The notes beneath the pieces are model-generated. The model ran no database searches. It worked only from the letters and a program-made list of their open reading frames with translations, and had not been told where the DNA came from. From assembly GCA_963665275.2 (NCBI GenBank), contig CAXXIN010000007.1, positions 320,001 through 384,000 of the forward strand: DNA of 64,000 nucleotides, read 5' to 3'. A program made the translations under genes and the position numbers. The DNA is from Negativicutes bacterium (lineage in GTDB: Bacteria > Bacillota > Negativicutes > UBA1444). Each line of letters starts with the position of its first letter. Position 1 is the stretch's first letter. Positions 41,378 to 51,138 of the stretch are shown here, in pieces.

Positions 41378-43363
41378 GTGATGACTTCTCGAAAGGTCTT
41401 ACGATTTCTAGTCATGCTAACGCTGGTTTTTGTCCTCACTTCTTCCGCTGGGGTAGGAACCGCTGCCGAATCCAAAGATGCAACAGAAGCTACGCAGTCT
41501 GCCAACGCAGCAGTCTTGCGGCAGCTTCCCTTCGCAGACCAACAGGATTTTGAATTCGCCCAACGCGGTTTCATCGCCCGGCCCAAGAGCCTAATCATCA
41601 AAGATGCAAACGGCAAGACTGTGTGGGATATGGAGTCCTACAATTTCATCGGCCGGAACAAGATGGCGCCGGACACAATCAACCCGAGCCTGTGGCGCAT
41701 AGCGCAGCTTAACACGATTGCCGGGTTGTTCAAGGTCAGTGACCGTATTTACCAGGTGCGAGGTTTTGATCTTTCAAATATCACCTTCATCCAAGGAGAT
41801 ACCGGCTGGATCGTATTTGATCCACTGATTTCTGCCGAAGCCGCCAAAGCAGCTTATGATCTTGTTACGGACAACCTGGGAAAAAGACCGGTGTTGGCGG
41901 TCGTGTACAGCCACTCCCATGTCGACCATTTCGGCGGGGTGCGCGGCGTAGTGGACGAAGCTGACGTCAGAGCCGGCAAGGTCATGATTTTCGCCCCTGA
42001 AGGCTTCATGGAACACGCCATCAGCGAAAACGTGACGGCAGGCAATGCAATGAGCCGACGCGCCATTTATATGTATGGGGCGTTGTTGCCACGGGACGAG
42101 AAGGGCGGCGTCAGTACCGGACTGGGACAAACAACTTCCACAGGCACGGCTGGTTTGCTTGCACCTACTGATATTATCACCAAGACGGGGCAAGAAGTGA
42201 AGCTTGACGGCGTGACCATGGTATTTCAAATGACACCGGGAACAGAAGCGCCTGCCGAGATGAACACCTGGTTTCCCCAGTTCAAGGCTTTGTGGATGGC
42301 CGAAAACTGCACAGCCACCCTGCATAACCTGTACACCCTACGTGGCGCCGAGGTACGGGACGGAAAGAAATGGGCCAATTATCTCGACGAGGCCATTGAT
42401 TTGTACGGCAAGGACGCCCAGTTCGTATTCCAGGCCCATCACTGGCCCCGTTGGGGTAATGCCTACGTGGTTGACTACATGCAAAAAACACGTGACGCAT
42501 ACAAATACATCCACGACCAGACGGTTCGTTTGATGAACCACGGCTACACTTCGACAGAAATTGCGGAAATGCTTGAGTTTCCTGCCGAGCTTAGCCAGTT
42601 ATGGTATTTGCGCGGGTATTACGGCACAGTGAAACATGACGCAAAAGCGGTCTATCAGAAGTATCTGGGTTGGTATGACGCCAATCCCGCCAACCTCGAC
42701 CCCCTCCCTCCCGAACCCGCAGCAAAGAAGTTTGTGGAATACATGGGAGGTTCCGCCGCTGTAATCGAAAAAGCGCGGAAAGACTTTGCAGCAGGCAATT
42801 ACCGCTGGGTGACGCAGGTTATGAACCAAGTTGTTTTCGCCGACCCGGACAACAGAGAAGCTCGCGAACTGGAGGCAGACGCGCTTGAACAACTGGGCTA
42901 TCAAGCGGAGTCCGGCCCGTGGCGTAACGCGTACCTGCAAGGAGCCTTCGAACTGCGAAACGGTATCCCCAAGGCCGCAGGATCGAATACCGCCAGTCCT
43001 GACGTCCTCCGGGCCATGCCGCCGGAAATGTTGTTTGATTATCTTGCCATCCGTCTTAACGGCCCCAAGGCTTCCGGCAAAAAACTCGTGTTGAATTTCA
43101 CCTTCCCCGACCTGAAGAGCCGGTATGTGCTGACGGTCGAGAACGGAGTCCTCAATTACGCGGCCGGTCGCCAAAGCCTTGTTGCGGATGCCTCAATCAT
43201 CACGACCAAGGAGAACCTGGACTCCCTTTTGACGAAACAAGCTTCACTGAACCAAAAGATAGCATCAGGCGAATTTAGAATTGATGGCAACAAGGAAGCT
43301 TTGGCAGAGCTCTTTGACTTGCTCGACACATTTCCCTTCTGGTTCAATATAGTGACCCCCTGA
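41378..43363 (+). CDS. secreted alkyl/aryl sulfatase (SdsA1/YjcS-like MBL fold)
   Basis: Signal peptide, HSHVDHFGG, PGTEAPAEM, HNLYTLRGA, HHWP, C-terminal SCP2-like domain. Confidence 0.93.
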   Translation: MMTSRKVLRFLVMLTLVFVLTSSAGVGTAAESKDATEATQSANAAVLRQLPFADQQDFEFAQRGFIARPKSLIIKDANGKTVWDMESYNFIGRNKMAPDTINPSLWRIAQLNTIAGLFKVSDRIYQVRGFDLSNITFIQGDTGWIVFDPLISAEAAKAAYDLVTDNLGKRPVLAVVYSHSHVDHFGGVRGVVDEADVRAGKVMIFAPEGFMEHAISENVTAGNAMSRRAIYMYGALLPRDEKGGVSTGLGQTTSTGTAGLLAPTDIITKTGQEVKLDGVTMVFQMTPGTEAPAEMNTWFPQFKALWMAENCTATLHNLYTLRGAEVRDGKKWANYLDEAIDLYGKDAQFVFQAHHWPRWGNAYVVDYMQKTRDAYKYIHDQTVRLMNHGYTSTEIAEMLEFPAELSQLWYLRGYYGTVKHDAKAVYQKYLGWYDANPANLDPLPPEPAAKKFVEYMGGSAAVIEKARKDFAAGNYRWVTQVMNQVVFADPDNREARELEADALEQLGYQAESGPWRNAYLQGAFELRNGIPKAAGSNTASPDVLRAMPPEMLFDYLAIRLNGPKASGKKLVLNFTFPDLKSRYVLTVENGVLNYAAGRQSLVADASIITTKENLDSLLTKQASLNQKIASGEFRIDGNKEALAELFDLLDTFPFWFNIVTP

Positions 43364-43625
43364 AAGTCATCAGAAGACGATCATCAAGAAAGTCCTTGCC
43401 TTTATTAAAAAGCGAGGACTTTCTTATTTATTTTTATCGATTTACCCCTCCAGTCACAAAGTTTTCCGCGACGCCTATATAAGGCCCGTTGGAAGGTTCA
43501 CTGCCTTCGCCGGGCCCTTTCCCATGTTTGCAAAATTTAGAAGGATATTTTGTTTGCCGTGTGTAATGTTTCTTACTATACAAACAAATGCAAACCACAC
43601 AAACTCTAGAAAGGGAGGGAATCAA

Positions 43626-45161
43626 ATGAAAAAAGGATCTCAGATATTCATCTGCGCCATTTTAGCTCTGTCCATATCACTGGGTTCCGGTTTAACCGGC
43701 GGGCAGTTGTTCAACGGTGTCGCCTTCGCAGCGGATTACAAGATGACCACCCATACTCCTCCGGGTATCGCATCGCCAGACAAAGTTGAGACGCGTCTCG
43801 GCACGTTGAAGTTTTTCGATGGGTTCCCCGATGACGCCAGTGTTGCAAAACTCTATGACAATCTTGACTTTCAGCGCGCTGTGCAAGCCTACCTTCTGGC
43901 CTTGGCTCCGGTGAGCCAGGCTGCGAACCGCAACGGGATTCTCGCTCTGGGCCCCGCCAACTATACGGTGCCGATTTTCGAGCAAATCATGGATTCCAAA
44001 TCGATCTTCCTCACCCCTAATACAAGCACGCCTTATACTTGGATTTGGCTCGACCTTCACGAAGGACCGCTGGTCGTCGAGACTCCCCCGAAGGTGCTCG
44101 GAGCGATTGACGACATGTGGTACAACTGGGTTACTGACGTTGGTTTAACCGGGCCGGACAAGGGGGAGGGAGGAAAGTACCTTCTGTTGCCTCCCGGTTA
44201 TCAGGGCGACGTGCCTGAAGGATATTTCGTGGTAAGGCTGAAGACATTCAACGCATGGATGCCATGGCGCAGCTTCGTAGTCAACGGTGATCCGAAACCG
44301 GGTGTAGACCTAGTGAAGAAGCATACGCGTATTTATCCCCTCTCCAAAGCTGACAATCCACCGCCGATGAACTTCGTGAACGTTTCTGGCAAGGATTTTT
44401 GCACTGTCGGCCCGGCTGATTATCCCTTCTGGGAGTTGCTCAATCAGGTAGTACAGGATGAACCGAGTGATTCCATAGATCCGATTACTGCAGGTTACTA
44501 CGCATACATCGGCATCCAGAAAGGGAAACCCTTCGCACCGGATGCCCGGATGAAAAAGATACTGACCGAAGCAGCCGTTGTGGGTGATGCGACCGCTCGC
44601 GCCATCAACTATCGGTTCCGGCAAAAAGAAGCATATTACTATCCCGGCAGCGCTTGGCGCATGGGGTACCTGGGCGGTTACAAGTTCGAGGAAAACGGAG
44701 CACGCCTTTTGGATGCCTATTCCGCTTTCTTCTTTTACGCCACTGGAGTTACTCCTGCAATGGAAGAGAAGATGGTCGGGCAAGGTTCCCAATATGCGGC
44801 GGCATTTGTAGACGCAAAGGGGAATCCGCTTGATGGCAGCAAAAATTATAAATTGCACCTGCCGCCCAATATCCCGGTGAATAACTTCTGGTCGGTCATT
44901 TTGTATGACAACCAGACACGTTCGATGCTCCAGACGGATCAGCAATTTCCGAGCGTGACCAGTCAAGACAAAACACTGCAAGTCAACCCGGACGGATCAG
45001 TGGATATCTACTTCGGACCTAAAGCACCAGCCGGAAAAGAAGGAAATTGGATACAAACGATCCCCGGCAAAGGCTGGAATACTCTATTACGCCTCTACGG
45101 TGCGCTGGAACCTTGGTTCGACAAAACTTGGCGACCCGGTGAAATCGAACTCCAACCGTGA
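43626..45161 (+). CDS. DUF1254/DUF1214 domain exported protein
   Basis: TPNTSTPY, GPDKGEGGKYL, FWSVILYD, RLYG. Confidence 0.88.
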   Translation: MKKGSQIFICAILALSISLGSGLTGGQLFNGVAFAADYKMTTHTPPGIASPDKVETRLGTLKFFDGFPDDASVAKLYDNLDFQRAVQAYLLALAPVSQAANRNGILALGPANYTVPIFEQIMDSKSIFLTPNTSTPYTWIWLDLHEGPLVVETPPKVLGAIDDMWYNWVTDVGLTGPDKGEGGKYLLLPPGYQGDVPEGYFVVRLKTFNAWMPWRSFVVNGDPKPGVDLVKKHTRIYPLSKADNPPPMNFVNVSGKDFCTVGPADYPFWELLNQVVQDEPSDSIDPITAGYYAYIGIQKGKPFAPDARMKKILTEAAVVGDATARAINYRFRQKEAYYYPGSAWRMGYLGGYKFEENGARLLDAYSAFFFYATGVTPAMEEKMVGQGSQYAAAFVDAKGNPLDGSKNYKLHLPPNIPVNNFWSVILYDNQTRSMLQTDQQFPSVTSQDKTLQVNPDGSVDIYFGPKAPAGKEGNWIQTIPGKGWNTLLRLYGALEPWFDKTWRPGEIELQP

Positions 45162-45341
45162 ATTAGCAATCTCAAATTCACCCAAATTTCAAGAGAAGTC
45201 CATGTCGGGATTGAACCGACATGGACTTCTTTACTGTAAGAGTCTTTGGTTTTCAAAGGATGGGCGATAAAATTCGAAGAAACTTTATTGCATAAAACAA
45301 TCAATTACTGTATTATTATAAAAGAAAAAGGGGGAGGATTT

Positions 45342-46289
45342 ATGAAGCAAAAAATTTTTGTCGATGGTCAAGAAGGAACGACCGGATTAAAAATCCATGA
45401 ATACTTATCGAAACGTTCTGACATTGATTGGTTAAGTATTGACCCCGATAAACGCAAAGATCGCTCAGAACGGAGTCGATTGCTTAACAGCGCTGATTTA
45501 GTTTTTCTCTGCTTGCCGGATGTCGCCGCACGTGAAGCAGTTTCTTTAATAAATAATGACCACACTCGGGTAATTGATGCGAGTACGGCGCATCGGACTC
45601 ACCCGAACTGGGCGTATGGACTGCCCGAACTGAGTCCTCTACATCGTGAAAAAATCAAGAATTCTTATCGTGTGACGGTGCCTGGCTGTCATGCGACAGG
45701 TTTCATCGTCGGAATGTATCCGCTTGTAAAAGCTGGGATTGTTCCTGTTGATTATCCAGTTGCTTGTACATCTTTAACCGGCTATAGCGGCGGTGGCAAA
45801 AGCTTAATCAATAAATACGAGAACGTCGACGGCGGCGGTGTAAATATCCCGAGGCCCTATGCTTTTAGCATGAAGCATAAACATTTGCCCGAAATGCAAT
45901 CCCGGACAGGACTCCAGTATCCGCCTGCCTTTGTTCCAATAGTAGCCAACTATTATAAGGGAATGGGCGTAATGACGCCTTTGGCTTCCCGTTTGTTCAA
46001 GAAACCGATGGGCGCGGCTCAGGTTAGAGATTTTTTTGCCGAATATTATGCTGCAGAAAAATTCATCAAGGTTATGCCGTTTGATGAGGAAGCTACATTA
46101 GAAGATGGCTTCTTCCAAGTGGAATGCTGCAACGATACCAACCGGATTGAACTTTGTGTATTTGGCACAAATGAGCAGATATTGGTGGTAACTCGTTTTG
46201 ATAACCTTGGCAAAGGGGCCTCGGGCGCAGCTGTGCAGTGTATGAATATAATGCTGGGCGTTGACGAAGATATGGGGCTAAAAAGCTGA
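45342..46289 (+). CDS. argC: N-acetyl-gamma-glutamyl-phosphate reductase (short type 2)
   Basis: IFVDGQEGTTGL, DASTAHR, PGCHATG, DNLGKGASG. Confidence 0.93.
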   Translation: MKQKIFVDGQEGTTGLKIHEYLSKRSDIDWLSIDPDKRKDRSERSRLLNSADLVFLCLPDVAAREAVSLINNDHTRVIDASTAHRTHPNWAYGLPELSPLHREKIKNSYRVTVPGCHATGFIVGMYPLVKAGIVPVDYPVACTSLTGYSGGGKSLINKYENVDGGGVNIPRPYAFSMKHKHLPEMQSRTGLQYPPAFVPIVANYYKGMGVMTPLASRLFKKPMGAAQVRDFFAEYYAAEKFIKVMPFDEEATLEDGFFQVECCNDTNRIELCVFGTNEQILVVTRFDNLGKGASGAAVQCMNIMLGVDEDMGLKS

Positions 46290-46463
46290 GAATTTAGCTT
46301 TTGCGTATTTTTATGGGCTGCAAGAATTAACTTTCTTGCAGCCCATCTTTTTTCTTTTTTTATTTGGTTCATTATCAAAGGAATTACGTGGGGCGTGCAG
46401 AAATATGCAATAAGGATAACAGATCCAGATTATTTGCAAAGATAAGGGGTTGTAAAAATAACT

Positions 46464-47558
46464 ATGGCTGATAATCAATCTTTACATGACTTGTTGCAGC
46501 AGAAGAATTTATCCCGGCGTCGCTTTATCCAAACCTGCGCAACGCTGACCGGATTGTTGGGATTGTCGCCGGCTATGTTGCCGAAAGTCATCGCTCGGGC
46601 TGAAGCACAGCCAACCGCATCGAAGGCCTCCGTCTGGAAATTCGCCATGATTAGCGACACCCATGATGCGAACATGCAAAGCACCCAGACAGGGGTTACG
46701 GCTTATCTCCCCCCCATCATCAGCTATATTGTCAACGAACATCCTGATTTTGTTCTGCAAACAGGTGATTTGATTACGGGAGCCCAAACGCTGCCAACGT
46801 CTCCGGCCTATAAACAATTCGATATGCAATATGCAACTTATAAGAAAGTAACCGCTCCGCTTGCCCAGGCGAATATTCCGCTCTACGTGATCCGGGGAAA
46901 CCATGATTTCGGCCTGCATAATGGAGAGCCGGCTCTCGCCCAGGCATATATGGCTGACATCGCGATCACCATGCCGCAGAACGGCCCACCGGCTGCAAAA
47001 GGCTTATCCTATAGTTTCATGCACAATAACGCAAAATTCATCATGATTGACCAATTCGTCAATACAGCCAGCGGAATTGTCACGCTGCCCATGGATTGGA
47101 TCAAGAGTGAACTCCAAAATAATCAGGGGGCTCACCATATCTTCGTTATGGGTCATAGCCCAGTATATTCCCCTGACACCACCTCGAGCAGCAAGGTCGC
47201 GCAATTTAATCTGTTTGATCAGCCCAGCCTCCAAAGCCAGTTTTGGCAACTGCTGACTGACAATCATGTGACTGCGTATATTTCCGGTCATGAACATCTA
47301 TATTTTCGTGGCCGGGTAAACGGGATACCGCAAATCGTTATCGGCGATTTAGGGTGCGTTAGCAACTATAATCCTGCAACCGTCGACAGCCGCTTGACCA
47401 ATGTATTCCCAACGACGGCAGTGCCCAGTACGCAGGATCGCCCAGGTTATATTATTTTCACGGTGGATGATGGCAAGCATTCGATCACGGCCACGGAGTA
47501 TTGGTTGGATCAGACTAACAACAAATACGTTTATGATACGTTTGCACTGATTCCCTAA
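46464..47558 (+). CDS. Tat-exported calcineurin-like metallophosphoesterase
   Basis: SRRRFI twin-arginine motif; SDTH, TGDL, RGNHD, GHSP, SGHEH. Confidence 0.88.
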   Translation: MADNQSLHDLLQQKNLSRRRFIQTCATLTGLLGLSPAMLPKVIARAEAQPTASKASVWKFAMISDTHDANMQSTQTGVTAYLPPIISYIVNEHPDFVLQTGDLITGAQTLPTSPAYKQFDMQYATYKKVTAPLAQANIPLYVIRGNHDFGLHNGEPALAQAYMADIAITMPQNGPPAAKGLSYSFMHNNAKFIMIDQFVNTASGIVTLPMDWIKSELQNNQGAHHIFVMGHSPVYSPDTTSSSKVAQFNLFDQPSLQSQFWQLLTDNHVTAYISGHEHLYFRGRVNGIPQIVIGDLGCVSNYNPATVDSRLTNVFPTTAVPSTQDRPGYIIFTVDDGKHSITATEYWLDQTNNKYVYDTFALIP

Positions 47559-47654
47559 CATCAGGAAAGAGATCAGGCCGAACTGTCAAGTTCGGCCTGA
47601 TCTCTTAATATTTCCAGACCCATTTTCGAAAAAACAGCATCAGTTATCTGTCTA

Positions 47655-48074
47655 TCAATAACTCAATGGATTGGTTACATAGAACCATACGCCGTTAAAT
47701 CCCTGTCCATTGGTTTGCCCGGCAGCTTTATCCCCTGCCCAGTAGTAGAGAGGCCAGCCGCGGAACGTGTTTTGTTTTTTCCCGTCGGCTCTGGTAATAG
47801 TCCCAAATTCCTTGGCGTCCATTCCATTGGGTACCATTACATTGTCCGTGTAGAAAATGGGCCAGCGCTCCAGGCATTGCCCCATACAGGTACTGGCGCC
47901 GCTCGCATCTTTGGTAAAATAGTATAGCGTCATCCCGTTGGAATCGGCCAAATACTGATCGGTTCCGTTTTTCATCACTGTTACAGGAGCGGCAGCTGCC
48001 ACGCTAAAGGACCCCATCACCAGGACCAACAAGGGAATTAGGAGTACAACAGCCGTTAACTTGGTAAACTTCAT
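47655..48074 (-). CDS. secreted repeat protein (COG4315/Lipoprotein_15-like)
   Basis: GMTLYYFTKD, C..QC..RWP, GWPLYYWAGD...GQG..GVW. Confidence 0.85.
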   Translation of the reverse strand: MKFTKLTAVVLLIPLLVLVMGSFSVAAAAPVTVMKNGTDQYLADSNGMTLYYFTKDASGASTCMGQCLERWPIFYTDNVMVPNGMDAKEFGTITRADGKKQNTFRGWPLYYWAGDKAAGQTNGQGFNGVWFYVTNPLSY

Positions 48075-48152
48075 GATACATACCTCCCTCTTTTTTTATG
48101 CGGCGCAAAATCTATCTTTTCAACGAACCTCATTGAGGTTCATTGGCTGCAT

Positions 48153-48659
48153 TTAGTAAGGCTTTTGATGATTGAACTCGGGTGACTCCACCCATTCATT
48201 AACGTGATTAAACATTTCAATAATATTACCCAGTACTTGCACATGTTGTTCTTCTTCATGCACAAGGTTTTCAATTATACCCTTGTTGGGTTGTCCTTCA
48301 GCTGTCTCCAGCATCTTCTTATAAAGTTTCACACTTTCTTCTTCCTTGAGTAACGCCGCCAGATATATATCCAATGGTTCGGCTGTTAATTTTGCGATCG
48401 ATTCCTTATCCTTCGGTATGAACGCATTGTGCTTGCCAAGTTCAAACACATTTTTCACTTTGCGCACCGAAGCATCCACCGCAGGATGGTTATCGGCGGG
48501 ATGTTGGAGCGCCTGAATAATTCCATAGTGACGGTGTTCATCGTCGGCAAGCGCTTCTAATATAACTTTAAGCCCCTCATATTTCACTTTTTTCGCCTGC
48601 TTCCGATAGTATTGTTCACCATCAAGCTCCATTTTCAATGCGAAATCGAGAACACTCAT
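48153..48659 (-). CDS. rubrerythrin/ferritin-like protein
   Basis: ALKMELDGEQYY, LADDEHRH, EEEQH di-iron motifs. Confidence 0.88.
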   Translation of the reverse strand: MSVLDFALKMELDGEQYYRKQAKKVKYEGLKVILEALADDEHRHYGIIQALQHPADNHPAVDASVRKVKNVFELGKHNAFIPKDKESIAKLTAEPLDIYLAALLKEEESVKLYKKMLETAEGQPNKGIIENLVHEEEQHVQVLGNIIEMFNHVNEWVESPEFNHQKPY

Positions 48660-48767
48660 AGCAAGACCTCCTTCTCAATTTTTTTCCACGCCTTTCCCCG
48701 TCATCAACCCTCCAGCGGAAGACAGGCCTTCACTGTACTTCATTTCATCATGACAAACGATTATATT

Positions 48768-49892
48768 CTAACGATAGCTTATGCGATACACTTGATTCGC
48801 CCGGTCATCCGAAACCAAGAGGGCGCCGTCAGACATGACCAGAATATCTACGGGTCTGCCCCATGCTTCGATATTTTGCAGCCAGCCAGTGGCGAATTCT
48901 TCGTAACTTACGGCCCGTCCTTCCTGCAACTTAACCAAACTGATCCGGTATCCGACCGGCGCCGTCCGGTTCCAGGAACCGTGCTCGGCGATAAATATCT
49001 GATTACGATATTCAGCGGGGAACATCTTTCCGGTATAAAACTTCATCCCCAGAGCCGCAACATGGGCGCCCAACTTACGAGCGGGAATGACTAAGCTGGA
49101 TGAGTCGGGATGCTCCTTAAACTCGGGGTCAGGCACATTATCGCCATAGAAATAAGGGTACCCAAAATTCATCCCTGCCCGCGGAGCGTGGTTAAGTTCA
49201 TCTGGCGGCAAATCGTTGCCGAGCCAATCCCGGCCATTGTCAGTAAACCAAAGTTCTCCCGTGGCCGGATCCCAATCGAAACCAACAGAGTTGCGCACGC
49301 CTGCGGAGAAAACCTGCAGATTGGAACCATCAGGATTCATCTGCATTATGGTTGCGAACCTTTCGTCGGTACTTACGCCGATATTATAGGGTGCGCCGAT
49401 CGGGACATACAGTTTCCCGTCCGGTCCGAAGGCAAGGTATTTCCAACCATGATGGCGTTCCCGTGGCAAAGCTTCTGTTACAACAACCGCCGCAGGGGGT
49501 TCACGAAGATTGGACATGATATTGTCGTACCGCAGGATTCTGCTGTTTTCGGCCACATATAGAGCGCCATCACGAAAAGCCACCCCGTTCGGAGTATCAA
49601 GTCCAGCGGCAACGGTAACCACTGACACATTGCTTCCTTTGCCCGTCTCGTCAATTAGGGCGTAGACCCGACCCGCGTCCCGCGATCCGACGAATACGAC
49701 GCCAGAGTCTCCCAGCGCCAAAGATCGGGCGCCCTTTACCCCGCTTGCATACACTTCAATCTGAAAACCTGGTGGCAATTGAATGTTTGCCAATCGCGAA
49801 TCGACTCCTGGCTGGGCTTTCCCACAGGCCGCAAACAAAAAGAAACACATCATCACAAGCATCAGACCTGTAATGCGAATTTTGCCGCTCAT
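48768..49892 (-). CDS. glucose/sorbosone dehydrogenase-family beta-propeller lipoprotein
   Basis: LFAAC lipobox, FGPDGKLY, GVRNSVG, AEHGSWNR, GRPVD, VSDD. Confidence 0.88.
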   Translation of the reverse strand: MSGKIRITGLMLVMMCFFLFAACGKAQPGVDSRLANIQLPPGFQIEVYASGVKGARSLALGDSGVVFVGSRDAGRVYALIDETGKGSNVSVVTVAAGLDTPNGVAFRDGALYVAENSRILRYDNIMSNLREPPAAVVVTEALPRERHHGWKYLAFGPDGKLYVPIGAPYNIGVSTDERFATIMQMNPDGSNLQVFSAGVRNSVGFDWDPATGELWFTDNGRDWLGNDLPPDELNHAPRAGMNFGYPYFYGDNVPDPEFKEHPDSSSLVIPARKLGAHVAALGMKFYTGKMFPAEYRNQIFIAEHGSWNRTAPVGYRISLVKLQEGRAVSYEEFATGWLQNIEAWGRPVDILVMSDGALLVSDDRANQVYRISYR

Positions 49893-50306
49893 ACTCAAAG
49901 CCCCCACTTACAGCGTAATCATGTCCGATGAATACTCGTGTATATGTCCGCTCTATTTGTAACCATAGCTTTGAGACCTATCTTGCTTTAGTTTATGCCA
50001 TGTTTGTTCCGGGCACATTAGCACAATAAAACGAAGTTTTTCTAAAAGAATAGGATAGTTTTATACCGTTGATATAAGACCATCCTAAATTAAAGAAAAG
50101 TCCATGCAGGATTTGATCCGGCATGGACTTCTCGCTGTGCTTGAACCGCTAGACGCACAGTTGTTGGCGTTATCAACCTATCCTCTGAAAAGAATAAATA
50201 ATAAATTTCGGTTATCCTTGGAAGGATTATGATTGATTTAACGGAAGTATCAAGAATGTAATAGTATCTGCTTTAATAATTTGTTTTAAATATTGGAGGA
50301 GTTCGC

Positions 50307-51134
50307 ATGAAGTCGTTACGATTGTTTCTGTTGGGGTTGTGTCTGCTGGTACTGGCGCCGTCGCACTGTCTGGCATCCGCTTGGCTCGATGTGGTTTTCG
50401 ACCGGGAAGTGCCCGAGCCGGCGCGGTTGAATATCGGGCGCGCGATCGATACGACAAACGACCTCCTGGCAAAATATAAGGTGACCCTACGAGAACCTAT
50501 CCAGATTATTATCACTTCAGATCTGGAAAGCTACACTCAGGCCAGAATGTTTTATCTCAAGGAATCGCGGGCCGAAGCAGATAAACTATCCGCAACCAGT
50601 GGCGGCGTGAGCAGCAACGCAAAACCGTTGATCATTGTCAGAGGATCTCCTGCGCTAAGCAGCGCACCGCAAGAAGCTTTCCGCGTGATCCCGCACGAGG
50701 TGTTTCATCAGGTGCAACGGCAATATGGCCGGACCGGGACGGTGACCTGGTTGACGGAAGGAGCCCCGGAAGTGTTTCGAATGGTTGCTCAGGAATCTGC
50801 AGGGTTCGGTCGGGTGACTGATTATCTGGGCCGTGCTGAGAAAAGAGTGCGGGTTGCGCCGGTAATTCCAGATGCGCGGGAAATCGCCACCTTCAACTAC
50901 GCGACTTGGACGGCCATGATGCAGAAGCATTACCCGGTCTATGATATGGCTGTCCTTATGACAGACCAATTGTCGCAGGGAAACGGGTTCGAGAACATCA
51001 TTTTCTTTTATCAGATGCTGCACATGGGCACCGATCGGGATAAGGCCTTTGTGGCTGCTTTTCGCGCGCCGATGTCGTGGTTTTTGGCCGACATGAACGC
51101 CTACTTCGACAAGCTGCGCAGCAGCCGGCAATAA
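50307..51134 (+). CDS. secreted HExxH metallopeptidase-like protein
   Basis: Signal peptide; PHEVFHQVQ followed by WLTEGAPE (gluzincin-like third ligand). Confidence 0.7.
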   Translation: MKSLRLFLLGLCLLVLAPSHCLASAWLDVVFDREVPEPARLNIGRAIDTTNDLLAKYKVTLREPIQIIITSDLESYTQARMFYLKESRAEADKLSATSGGVSSNAKPLIIVRGSPALSSAPQEAFRVIPHEVFHQVQRQYGRTGTVTWLTEGAPEVFRMVAQESAGFGRVTDYLGRAEKRVRVAPVIPDAREIATFNYATWTAMMQKHYPVYDMAVLMTDQLSQGNGFENIIFFYQMLHMGTDRDKAFVAAFRAPMSWFLADMNAYFDKLRSSRQ

Positions 51135-51138
51135 CGAG

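Noticed and set aside
45285-45318. ARG box upstream of argC
   Set aside because: Only a loose match overlapping a TTGCAT-17-TATTAT promoter; not convincing.
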